Source of the DNA: a virus
Taxonomy: Duplodnaviria; Caudoviricetes
Virus record (IMG/VR): IMGVR_UViG_3300044878_000069
Coordinates: 1-30,673 of that record
Strand: one strand, 5' to 3'
DNA length: 30,673 bases
The first letter of the stretch is position 1. Each line of letters starts with the position of its first letter. The position numbers were made by a program, and so were the translations under genes. The notes under the pieces were generated by a model. That model saw nothing but the letters and a program-made list of their open reading frames with translations. It searched no databases and was not told the origin of the DNA. Below are positions 7,408 to 14,530 of the stretch, piece after piece.

Positions 7408-7866
7408 ATGAAAAAGCGCAAGCCGAACAACATGCGGGCCCGGGTCGAGCGTTCCTGCCGGGCGCTGCTCCGAACCAATCACACTTGCATCGTGAACATC
7501 GATCCGAGCGGCAAGCAGTCGCTGTTCAACGCGGTCAACTCCCGGCGAATTGTCAGCCATCAAATCGGTAGCGCCATCTTTGAAATATCGCACCGATGGA
7601 CAATTTATATCAGCTGCATGTGCATCGACCAGGCCGGCGCAGAATACTGCAAGTCAGTAGAGGTCTCGCCAGTAGGCGTGCATCTGGCGTCCAACATATC
7701 GGACGTTATCGAGCACTTCTATATCGATCTGCGCGATTCATGCAACGCCTTGCACCTGGTCGCGAGCGGCTGGATTGCGATTCCCTACGAGACATCACTG
7801 GAAGAAAAACAGGCGGCTCAGCTGTTCGAGGCCGCCGGGGCATGGAACCAACTGAAGGCAGCATAA
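7408..7866 (+). CDS. Phage hypothetical protein (MKKRKPNNMRAR...)
   Basis: Long ORF in the operon; ATG 7408 chosen as start. Confidence 0.7.
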   Translation: MKKRKPNNMRARVERSCRALLRTNHTCIVNIDPSGKQSLFNAVNSRRIVSHQIGSAIFEISHRWTIYISCMCIDQAGAEYCKSVEVSPVGVHLASNISDVIEHFYIDLRDSCNALHLVASGWIAIPYETSLEEKQAAQLFEAAGAWNQLKAA

Positions 7867-7867
7867 A

Positions 7868-8260
7868 ATGGCGAAGACAACTCAGGAGCGGCACGCAAAG
7901 GCCGCGAAGAAACGCGAAAGGCTCGGAGAAAAAGAGCTGAGACATAAGGTCCGCCCCGGCATTCATCAGGCGATGGACCGTATCCGGACGCGATCGGGCA
8001 CCGAAGAAATCAGCGAAGTCCTGCAGCTGGCCATCCTCAAGATGGACGCCATGACCGACGCCGAACTGGTCGAGTTCCTGAAGCCTCCGCGCCACACTTT
8101 CGATGTCACAGAAACGTGGCGCGAACGATTCGACAACGAGTCGCGCCGTGAGGCTGGTCATCACGGTGATGACAGTGAGTACGAAGTAATCGAGCCGAAC
8201 CGCCTGCCGCACGGCCCGGACGAATGCGCCAAGGCCCAGCTCGACATCCTCAGCCAGTGA
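7868..8260 (+). CDS. Hypothetical protein (MAKTTQERHAKAAKKR...)
   Basis: 130-aa ORF abutting the previous stop. Confidence 0.75.
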   Translation: MAKTTQERHAKAAKKRERLGEKELRHKVRPGIHQAMDRIRTRSGTEEISEVLQLAILKMDAMTDAELVEFLKPPRHTFDVTETWRERFDNESRREAGHHGDDSEYEVIEPNRLPHGPDECAKAQLDILSQ

Positions 8261-8276
8261 CCCAGGAGTAACCCGC

Positions 8277-8432
8277 ATGGAAACGATCTACACCCACCGC
8301 CCGACCGGGCGCACCTACTCGCTGGCTCGCACTTCTGCCGAGTTCGCGATCCTGCATCACCTGACTGGCGGGGCGAAGTTTGTACCGGTTGATACGCTGG
8401 CCGATGGCGCTGTTTGGAGTGTGAAGCCATGA
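8277..8432 (+). CDS. Small hypothetical protein (51 aa, METIYTHRPTGRTY...)
   Basis: Read by hand; RBS AGGAG, ATGA overlap with the next gene. Confidence 0.65.
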   Translation: METIYTHRPTGRTYSLARTSAEFAILHHLTGGAKFVPVDTLADGAVWSVKP

Positions 8433-8890
8433 AAGTGACTGACGCAGAAATCCTCAAGGCCGTATGGCTCGCTCAGGTCAAGCGCACCGCGCGAGGCGCG
8501 ATCGACAACTACATCGGCGGCGGCAAGGGTCTCAAAAACGATAGCGAGCAAGACCGCCACTTCGCTCAATACCAGAGCATGATCAGCCGGGGAAATCTTG
8601 GCCTCCCACTGAGCAACGGGCAGCTCGCACGACGCCTGAAAGCCTTGATCGGCAGTCATGGCCTGAAGTGGCGGGACGGCCAGAGCAATTCCTACGAGTT
8701 CATGACCGATGCGGCAATGGATGTTTTCCGTTATGCCAGAAGCTGGTGGGCTGAGTACGGCGTTCCGTCCGGTTTCGACGAGATCAATAAGTGCATGCGG
8801 ACCATTCGCCTAACCGACTACGAGAGCCTGGCCGAACAGCTTGAGCGGGAGCTCATCGAAGTTTTCGGCAGCCTGGAGGTGGCAGCATGA
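8429..8890 (+). CDS. Hypothetical protein
   Basis: ATG 8429 with RBS GGAG; coupled to neighbours. Confidence 0.75.
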   Translation: MKVTDAEILKAVWLAQVKRTARGAIDNYIGGGKGLKNDSEQDRHFAQYQSMISRGNLGLPLSNGQLARRLKALIGSHGLKWRDGQSNSYEFMTDAAMDVFRYARSWWAEYGVPSGFDEINKCMRTIRLTDYESLAEQLERELIEVFGSLEVAA

Positions 8891-9072
8891 CCGAACAACT
8901 GACCGTCCACGAATGGGAAGCCGTCCTGCGAGGCACACCAGCCGCCGACATGCGCCCGAGCGAGACAATCGCCCGGTACATCCATCGCAAGGTTGAGGCG
9001 CTGACCAGTGAGCGCGACCGGCTGAAGCGGGACTATGACGGCCTGCTTGAAGACTGCGCGGGGCTCCTATGA
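8887..9072 (+). CDS. Small hypothetical protein
   Basis: RBS GGAGG, ATGA overlap. Confidence 0.65.
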   Translation: MTEQLTVHEWEAVLRGTPAADMRPSETIARYIHRKVEALTSERDRLKRDYDGLLEDCAGLL

Positions 9073-9109
9073 TCCGCCGAATCAGCACCAATTACAGGGA
9101 GGCGAAGTG

Positions 9110-10165
9110 ATGACGGAACAGCACCGCATACTGGTCGGGGATTGCATTGATATGATGCGGGCCCTGCCAGATAGATCGGTTCACACTTGCGTCACCTCGC
9201 CGCCCTACTTCGGGCTCCGCGACTACGGCGTCGACGGGCAGATCGGACTGGAAGAAACGCCGGCCGAGTTCATCGCCCGCCTGGTCGAAGTGTTCCGCGA
9301 GGTACGCCGAGTACTCCGCGACGACGGTACCGCATGGGTGAACATGGGTGATAGCTATGCCGGAAGTTGGGGAGCGCATGGTCGGGACGACATGGGTGTT
9401 GGCGTCTCAACAATCAGCCAGCGGCAGGTCATGGCATCTCAACGCAAGGCGAAAGCCACAACGCACGCTGAGTACAAGCCGAAGGATTTGATGGGTATGC
9501 CGTGGCGCCTTGCCTTTGCGCTGCAGGATGACGGGTGGTACCTGCGTCAGGACATCATCTGGAATAAGCCAAATCCAATGCCGGAGTCGACGCGCGACCG
9601 GTGCACAAAGGCTCACGAATACATCTTTTTGCTCAGCAAGTCGCGGCGGTACCACTGCGACATGGGAGCGATACGGGAGCCGGCGATCTATGGCGCAACG
9701 CCGACCGGCGTAGGCTTCGGTCATGGATTCGACAAGGTCGTAAAGCATCGAACTCAGCGTGATAGTTTTCAGCGTGATGGATCGAAGCGTGAACAACCGA
9801 TTCCAGGCCAGAGCAAAGGCACTCATCGGCCAGATCGTGAGCAAAGTAGCTGGGATGTTATGACTCGAAACAAGCGCAGCGTGTGGACAGTAGCGACGCA
9901 TAGTTTCAAGGGTGCCCACTTCGCCACCTTCCCGCCTGACCTTATCCGACCATGCGTTTTGGCCGGGGCTCCGCGCGGCGGTGTGGTGCTTGACCCGTTT
10001 GGCGGCGCCGGTACCACGTCGCTGGTCGCCATGCAGGAAGGCCGAAAATCAATCCTCTGCGAGCTCAATCCAGACTACGCCGCAATGGCTGAACGCCGGA
10101 TTGCGGCGGCCTGGCTCGACGGCGCGGCGCAGATGGACGTTTTTCACGACGCTGCAACAGCCTAA
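9110..10165 (+). CDS. Orphan DNA methyltransferase (N4-C/N6-A, beta class)
   Basis: Catalytic TSPPY near the N-terminus, HFATFP and SAM-binding VLDPFGGAGTT near the C-terminus; RBS GGAGG before 9107/9110. Confidence 0.92.
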   Translation: MTEQHRILVGDCIDMMRALPDRSVHTCVTSPPYFGLRDYGVDGQIGLEETPAEFIARLVEVFREVRRVLRDDGTAWVNMGDSYAGSWGAHGRDDMGVGVSTISQRQVMASQRKAKATTHAEYKPKDLMGMPWRLAFALQDDGWYLRQDIIWNKPNPMPESTRDRCTKAHEYIFLLSKSRRYHCDMGAIREPAIYGATPTGVGFGHGFDKVVKHRTQRDSFQRDGSKREQPIPGQSKGTHRPDREQSSWDVMTRNKRSVWTVATHSFKGAHFATFPPDLIRPCVLAGAPRGGVVLDPFGGAGTTSLVAMQEGRKSILCELNPDYAAMAERRIAAAWLDGAAQMDVFHDAATA

Positions 10166-10243
10166 CCAACAACCAGACAATGCCGCCACGCGCGGCACAG
10201 GTCTAAACTGTCGGCCAACTAACAAATTCGTCAGGGGTGGCGT

Positions 10244-11413
10244 ATGGCTGCGAAGCGCGGGGTGCGTGCGGCATCGAAAAGCAGTATCGAGATCAGCTTT
10301 ATGGTCGACGGCAAGCAGTGCCGGGAGCGCCTGCCGCTGGAGCCTACACCGACCAACTTGAAAAGGGCACAGCAGCAGAAGGCGTCGATTGACCTGGCGA
10401 TTCACCGGGGCGAGTTTGACTATGCCGAGGCGTTTCCCCGGTCGAAGCGGGCGGCGTCGGCTGTCGGCCAGTCGGGACAGGTTCCGCTGGGCCAGTACCT
10501 AGAGGAATGGCTTGAGCGCAAGGCCGGCATCCTGAAGGCGTCCACGCTGGACGGTTACCGCAAGATCGTTGCGGGCGTGCTGGTCCCGGCGCTGGGCTCT
10601 CTCCCGCTGGCATCGGTCACGCGCAAAGAGGTCAAGGCGGCTATGGCCAAGATGTCGGCGACCAACAAGCGGCTGGCCAACGTGCAAAGCTGCCTGCGCT
10701 CGGCCCTGAGTGATGCTGTAGACGACGAACTGATCGAATCGAACCCGCTGGCCGGATGGACGTATTCAGTGAAGGGCAAGCCGCGCACCGAGGACGAGAT
10801 CGATCCTTTCTCGCCGGACGAGCAGCGGGCCATTCTGGCAGCGGCAACCGGGCAGTATCGGAACCTTTTGCAGTTCGCCTTCTGGACCGGCCTGCGCACG
10901 TCGGAACTGGTCGCGCTGGAGTGGGGCGACATTGACTGGCATCGCGGGGAAGTGAGGGTGTCGCGGGGGCTGACAGCAGCAGCCAGCGAGGCAGAGACGC
11001 CGAAGACAGCGGCCGGGGTGCGTAGCGTCAGGTTGCTGCCGATGTCGTTCGAGGCACTGAAGGCCCAGCGCGAACATACATATATAGAGGGGCGAGCCGT
11101 TTTCCACGACCCGAGGCACAACCGGGCATTCAACGGTGACCAGGAGCTGCGCAAGTCGCTCTGGACGCCGACCATCCGCCGGGCAGGCGTGCGCTACCGG
11201 AACCCGTACCAGACCCGGCACACGTATGCCTCGATGATGCTGAGCGCTGGCGAGCATCCGATGTGGGTGGCGAAGCAGATGGGGCACTCGAGCTGGCTCA
11301 TGATTGCCCGGGTCTACGGGCGCTGGATTCCAACCGATGGCGACTCGTCGGGGGATAAGGCGGCGGCGATGTTTGGGCGATCTGAAGAAATGCCGAAATC
11401 TCTCCTTGCATGA
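10244..11413 (+). CDS. int: Tyrosine integrase with N-terminal arm-binding domain (DUF3596-like)
   Basis: TGLRTSEL, PKT, YQTRHTYAS, QMGH, VYG catalytic motifs; N-terminal SIEISF...CRERL...YAEAFPRS. Confidence 0.93.
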   Translation: MAAKRGVRAASKSSIEISFMVDGKQCRERLPLEPTPTNLKRAQQQKASIDLAIHRGEFDYAEAFPRSKRAASAVGQSGQVPLGQYLEEWLERKAGILKASTLDGYRKIVAGVLVPALGSLPLASVTRKEVKAAMAKMSATNKRLANVQSCLRSALSDAVDDELIESNPLAGWTYSVKGKPRTEDEIDPFSPDEQRAILAAATGQYRNLLQFAFWTGLRTSELVALEWGDIDWHRGEVRVSRGLTAAASEAETPKTAAGVRSVRLLPMSFEALKAQREHTYIEGRAVFHDPRHNRAFNGDQELRKSLWTPTIRRAGVRYRNPYQTRHTYASMMLSAGEHPMWVAKQMGHSSWLMIARVYGRWIPTDGDSSGDKAAAMFGRSEEMPKSLLA

Positions 11414-11434
11414 CATACAATGTATGTCTAAGAT
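11406..11434 (+). promoter_or_regulatory. acr-type promoter TTGCAT-N17-TAAGAT with perfect palindromic operator GACATACA-A-TGTATGTC filling the spacer
   Basis: Palindrome 11412-11428 lies exactly between -35 (11406-11411) and -10 (11429-11434), upstream of an aca1-containing operon. Confidence 0.85.
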
Positions 11435-11484
11435 GAGTTCATGCAGGCCACAACGGCCGGCTGAACCCAAAGGAAGAAATCAGC

Positions 11485-11865
11485 ATGAACGGCCAAGCCA
11501 TGAACTCCATCACCAGCCTTATCGAAGACCAGCTGAACATCGCAGTGGCGAGCGCCCTGGAAAAAGTGCTCGACGGCAACATGCTGGAAAAGGCCGACCT
11601 GATGTATCTGACTCCGGCGCTTGATGGCTCTGGAATGCTTGAGCTGATCGTTAATGATGAGGACGGCCAAGTTTCAAGCCCGCGCTTTCAGGGCGCCAAG
11701 CTGATCATTGATCCAATGGCCCTAGTCACCGAGCTGAAAGAGTCAATCGTCGGGGAGGGCGGCGAACCTGACGACGACGTTCGCAACGAATACCGGGCAA
11801 CGATTGCTAGAATGCGCGAAGCGTGTGATGCCTTGGAGTCGATGCTTGGCGCTGGCGACCAATGA
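11485..11865 (+). CDS. Candidate anti-CRISPR / anti-defence protein (126 aa, strongly acidic)
   Basis: Lies between the palindrome promoter and the aca1 homologue (ATGA overlap); 24 D/E versus 9 K/R; no match to Acr sequences I can recall. The ORF is confident; the function is inferred from context. Confidence 0.65.
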   Translation: MNGQAMNSITSLIEDQLNIAVASALEKVLDGNMLEKADLMYLTPALDGSGMLELIVNDEDGQVSSPRFQGAKLIIDPMALVTELKESIVGEGGEPDDDVRNEYRATIARMREACDALESMLGAGDQ

Positions 11866-12092
11866 AGCCGGACGCAACCCAGCACAACCCGGACCCGGTC
11901 TACCTGCGCGAAGTGCTGAAGAAAACGGGACTGACCCAGCGGGCGGTCGCCAAGACCATCGGCCTGACTGCCGCCGGCTTTCAGAACTACATCCGCAAGC
12001 CGACCGATCCGCTGTATCGACCAGCACCGTACACCGTGCAGTTCGCGCTTGAGGCGCTGGCAAATGAGGCCGGGCAGTCCGGCGACAAATAA
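11862..12092 (+). CDS. aca1: Anti-CRISPR-associated HTH repressor, Aca1 family
   Basis: PDATQHNPDPVYLREVLKKTGLTQR...YRPAPYTVQFALEALAN matches the recalled JBD30 Aca1 PDASNHDPDPRYLRGLLKKAGISQR...YRPAPYTVQFALECLAN. Confidence 0.88.
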   Translation: MKPDATQHNPDPVYLREVLKKTGLTQRAVAKTIGLTAAGFQNYIRKPTDPLYRPAPYTVQFALEALANEAGQSGDK

Positions 12093-12107
12093 ACGAAGGG
12101 GTGAGTG

Positions 12108-12317
12108 ATGTCCGATTTATTCATATCGCCAGATGAGGCCCGAGCCAGATTCGGCGCGCTGACAGTGACCAGCGGAGCCGTTACGACCGACATCGAGGTT
12201 GTCGTAGCTGGTGGAACGTGGAAGCCATGCTACAGCTCGCTGGATCTTGTGCTGATCGGTTATGAGTTCCATGCAGATGAGCAGCCGCAACCCACTGAAT
12301 CGGGAGAAGACGAATGA
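12108..12317 (+). CDS. Small acidic hypothetical protein
   Basis: RBS AGGGGTG, ATG 15 nt after the aca1 stop, ATGA-coupled to the next gene. Confidence 0.65.
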   Translation: MSDLFISPDEARARFGALTVTSGAVTTDIEVVVAGGTWKPCYSSLDLVLIGYEFHADEQPQPTESGEDE

Positions 12318-13111
12318 GCAAGGAAGAGAGCACGCCGTACAGCTTCAAGGGCGACAACGCCAAACTGGTCGACAGCATCAAGTCGCTGCTGGCCCTCGAT
12401 AGCAAGGGCGCACTTGTGCCGCACGGTGTCTGCGGGCTGGCCCGCCAGTTGCTGGAATCGGCGGTCGAGCGACTGGCAGTCGACGCGCAGCCGGTGGCGT
12501 GGATGTACAAAGAGAATGTATGGGCTACCGGGCTAAGCTCATACGTTTGGCGAGAAAAGCTCGAGCTGGAAGCTCCTGGCGCCGAGTCCGAAATCAAGGA
12601 TTTAGCTCCACTCTTCACCCGATCCGATGCCGGCGAGGTCGATCGCCTGAACACAGTCGTCGAGCAGATGAAGCGCGAAGCCAAGAATGACGCTATCGCC
12701 TACAGAGCTGCAATCGAAAAGCAGGAAGAGTTGCGCCAAGACCTGGAGCTGACACGACTGGCGCGCCAGGGCGACCAGATCGAGATCGACGGGCTGAAAG
12801 CGCTTTGCGATGGCTTCCGCGCCCAGCTTGCCGACGCCGCCCAATCGCTGGAGACAATCAGCCTTCAGGCCGGGCGCGACGAATTCATGAAGGACATGAC
12901 CCAGGTCAGGGGATATGCAAACAGCCGGGCCAGGGTTGCCCGGGGTGCGCTGTCCGCCATCGCTGAACAGAAGTGCGAGACCTGCCACGACCAGGGCGAA
13001 GTGTTCGTGAGCAAGGGCAAGGTCGAATACGGCATGCTGACCGAGCCAGAGCCGATCTACAAGCCATGCCCGGACTGCGCCGAGCCGGCCAACAAGGAGC
13101 GCGCGCAATGA
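12314..13111 (+). CDS. Mosaic early accessory protein with coiled coil and C-terminal CxxC...CxxC zinc finger
   Basis: PVAWMY motif, charged helical centre, CETCHDQG...CPDC. Confidence 0.75.
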   Translation: MSKEESTPYSFKGDNAKLVDSIKSLLALDSKGALVPHGVCGLARQLLESAVERLAVDAQPVAWMYKENVWATGLSSYVWREKLELEAPGAESEIKDLAPLFTRSDAGEVDRLNTVVEQMKREAKNDAIAYRAAIEKQEELRQDLELTRLARQGDQIEIDGLKALCDGFRAQLADAAQSLETISLQAGRDEFMKDMTQVRGYANSRARVARGALSAIAEQKCETCHDQGEVFVSKGKVEYGMLTEPEPIYKPCPDCAEPANKERAQ

Positions 13112-13755
13112 GTGATATCAGAGCAAGATTCGAGGAAATTTGGCCGGTGCCCGAGGGCGTCTATTGGATGCCGCTATCTCGCAATGGCGGCGAGTACATG
13201 GCTGATCCAACAATCAAGGGCGACAACAACCGCATCGAGGCGCAGTTATCCGCTGAAGAATGGGATGCCCGCCTCGACACCTTCACCCGTTGCCAGGAGA
13301 TGATTGGGGCTGAGCGCGACCAGCTCCAGGCAGAGATAGAACGCCTGAAAGGGCTCCAGCCATCATTCCCGCCGCGCCCGCCAGAGGGATACGGCCTGCC
13401 GCGTTTTGGTCTTCGCTGGAATGGCCCGAGCAATCCTCTGGCCGTGTCGATGGATGATGGGTATTGGACACCATGGCATCTGGCCGATCAACTCAAAGTC
13501 GACAACGAGCGGCTTGAGGCTGAGCGAGCCGAGCAATGGCGCCTGCGTCGTGATGTCGAGGCTGACCGAGACACCAAATCCGCCGTTATTGCGGAGCTGC
13601 GCGACCAGCTCAAGCCGAATCCGGCCGAACTTGAGGCAATCGGAACGCTGCGTCGAGTAGGGCAAGTGATCGTGTTCGATGCGATCGGAGATCCGCACAT
13701 CAAAGACGGGATGGAGGTTTTCACGTCGCCGGCAGCTCTGAAAAAAAACGGGTGA
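13108..13755 (+). CDS. Mosaic early accessory protein (Ead/Ea22-like position and architecture)
   Basis: RBS AAGGAG, ATG 13108; coiled-coil segments around DGYWTPWHLA. Confidence 0.7.
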   Translation: MSDIRARFEEIWPVPEGVYWMPLSRNGGEYMADPTIKGDNNRIEAQLSAEEWDARLDTFTRCQEMIGAERDQLQAEIERLKGLQPSFPPRPPEGYGLPRFGLRWNGPSNPLAVSMDDGYWTPWHLADQLKVDNERLEAERAEQWRLRRDVEADRDTKSAVIAELRDQLKPNPAELEAIGTLRRVGQVIVFDAIGDPHIKDGMEVFTSPAALKKNG

Positions 13756-13789
13756 CTAGAAAGGGACTATCAGTCACGCCTAAATGCGG

Positions 13790-13865
13790 TTTCAGCAGCT
13801 TTTCAGCTACCACACCGCTACAGGCCACGGAATACAACGACCGACCGGGGGTTTAAATCCCCCGG
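13790..13865. other. attP-like site: CCGGGGG-TTTAAAT-CCCCCGG core (13845-13865) with upstream TTTCAGC direct repeats
   Basis: Perfect inverted repeat with a 7-nt spacer resembling a tRNA/tmRNA T-arm (GGGGGTTCAAATCCCCC); located where the early and late operons converge. Confidence 0.55.
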
Positions 13866-13917
13866 ATACCCTCTCAGCCGTTCTGGCTACCGAATCCCTT
13901 CATTTATATAGCTACGA

Positions 13918-14469
13918 TCAGTCCAGCACTTTCAGCGCTGCCGTGTAGAAGGCCAGTCGCTCTGCCAGGCCATTCAATCCGCCATTGATGCGACGAGTGA
14001 TGCCGTTGAAGTCCTTGGAATCAGCCAGAGCGTTCAGGTTGCGAGAATTCCAGAACCAGGCCGCCGACTTGCACGCCCACTCAGCCTGCTCCAGTAACTC
14101 AGGCGTGCGCAGCAGGCGGTCATCGCCGAACAGGGCTTTGCTGCAGGCAAGGTAGTTGTCGTGACCGGTGATCTGGATCAGGCCGCGTCCGCGATACTTC
14201 TGGCCATCACCGTCAGCCTCTGGCGTATTGCCAAGGCGCGCAGCCAGCGTTCCGGTGTCGTACTTACTCAGGTACTGGTCGCCGCCCAGCTCGCGCACGT
14301 AGCGAAACTGGCCGGACTCATGACCGACCTGGGCAATGAACGCCGCCATGCGCAGGCGCGTGTTGATCTGGTAGCGGTCCATGGCCAGGGTAAGCGCAGA
14401 CGCAAAAACGCCGGCTTGTTTGCCGGCATTCGGGAGGATCTGCAGCAGTTGCTGCGAGGTGATCGGCAT
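13918..14469 (-). CDS. Endolysin, glycoside hydrolase family 19 (chitinase-like)
   Basis: AAFIAQVGHESG, YRGRGLIQITG..NY, SAAWFW, ITRRINGG. Confidence 0.95.
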   Translation of the reverse strand: MPITSQQLLQILPNAGKQAGVFASALTLAMDRYQINTRLRMAAFIAQVGHESGQFRYVRELGGDQYLSKYDTGTLAARLGNTPEADGDGQKYRGRGLIQITGHDNYLACSKALFGDDRLLRTPELLEQAEWACKSAAWFWNSRNLNALADSKDFNGITRRINGGLNGLAERLAFYTAALKVLD

Positions 14470-14486
14470 ACTTTTCTCCAGGCATT

Positions 14487-14510
14487 AAAAAACCCGCACT
14501 CGGCGGGTTT
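14487..14510 (-). terminator. Intrinsic terminator after the wzy moron, before the endolysin
   Basis: AAACCCGC-CGAGT-GCGGGTTTTTT on the - strand. Confidence 0.75.
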
Positions 14511-14530
14511 CGTGTGGGTCAATCTGTGTG

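Noticed and set aside
9110-10165. Restriction-modification system
   Set aside because: No adjacent endonuclease; orphan methyltransferases are common in temperate phage early regions.
11435-11468. Leader GAGTTC...TGAACC as a solitary CRISPR repeat (Racr RNA anti-CRISPR)
   Set aside because: The ends vaguely resemble type I-E repeats, but the length (~34 nt) and stem sequence fit neither I-E nor I-F repeats; better explained as the acr leader hairpin.
11485-12092. Toxin-antitoxin pair (ORF plus XRE-like HTH)
   Set aside because: The HTH carries Aca1-specific blocks and the upstream ORF is acidic with no RelE/HigB/HicA-like features; acr-aca fits better, though toxicity is untested.
13843-13870. 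tRNA or tmRNA gene
   Set aside because: Only a T-arm-like hairpin is present; no acceptor stem, D arm, anticodon arm or CCA end.
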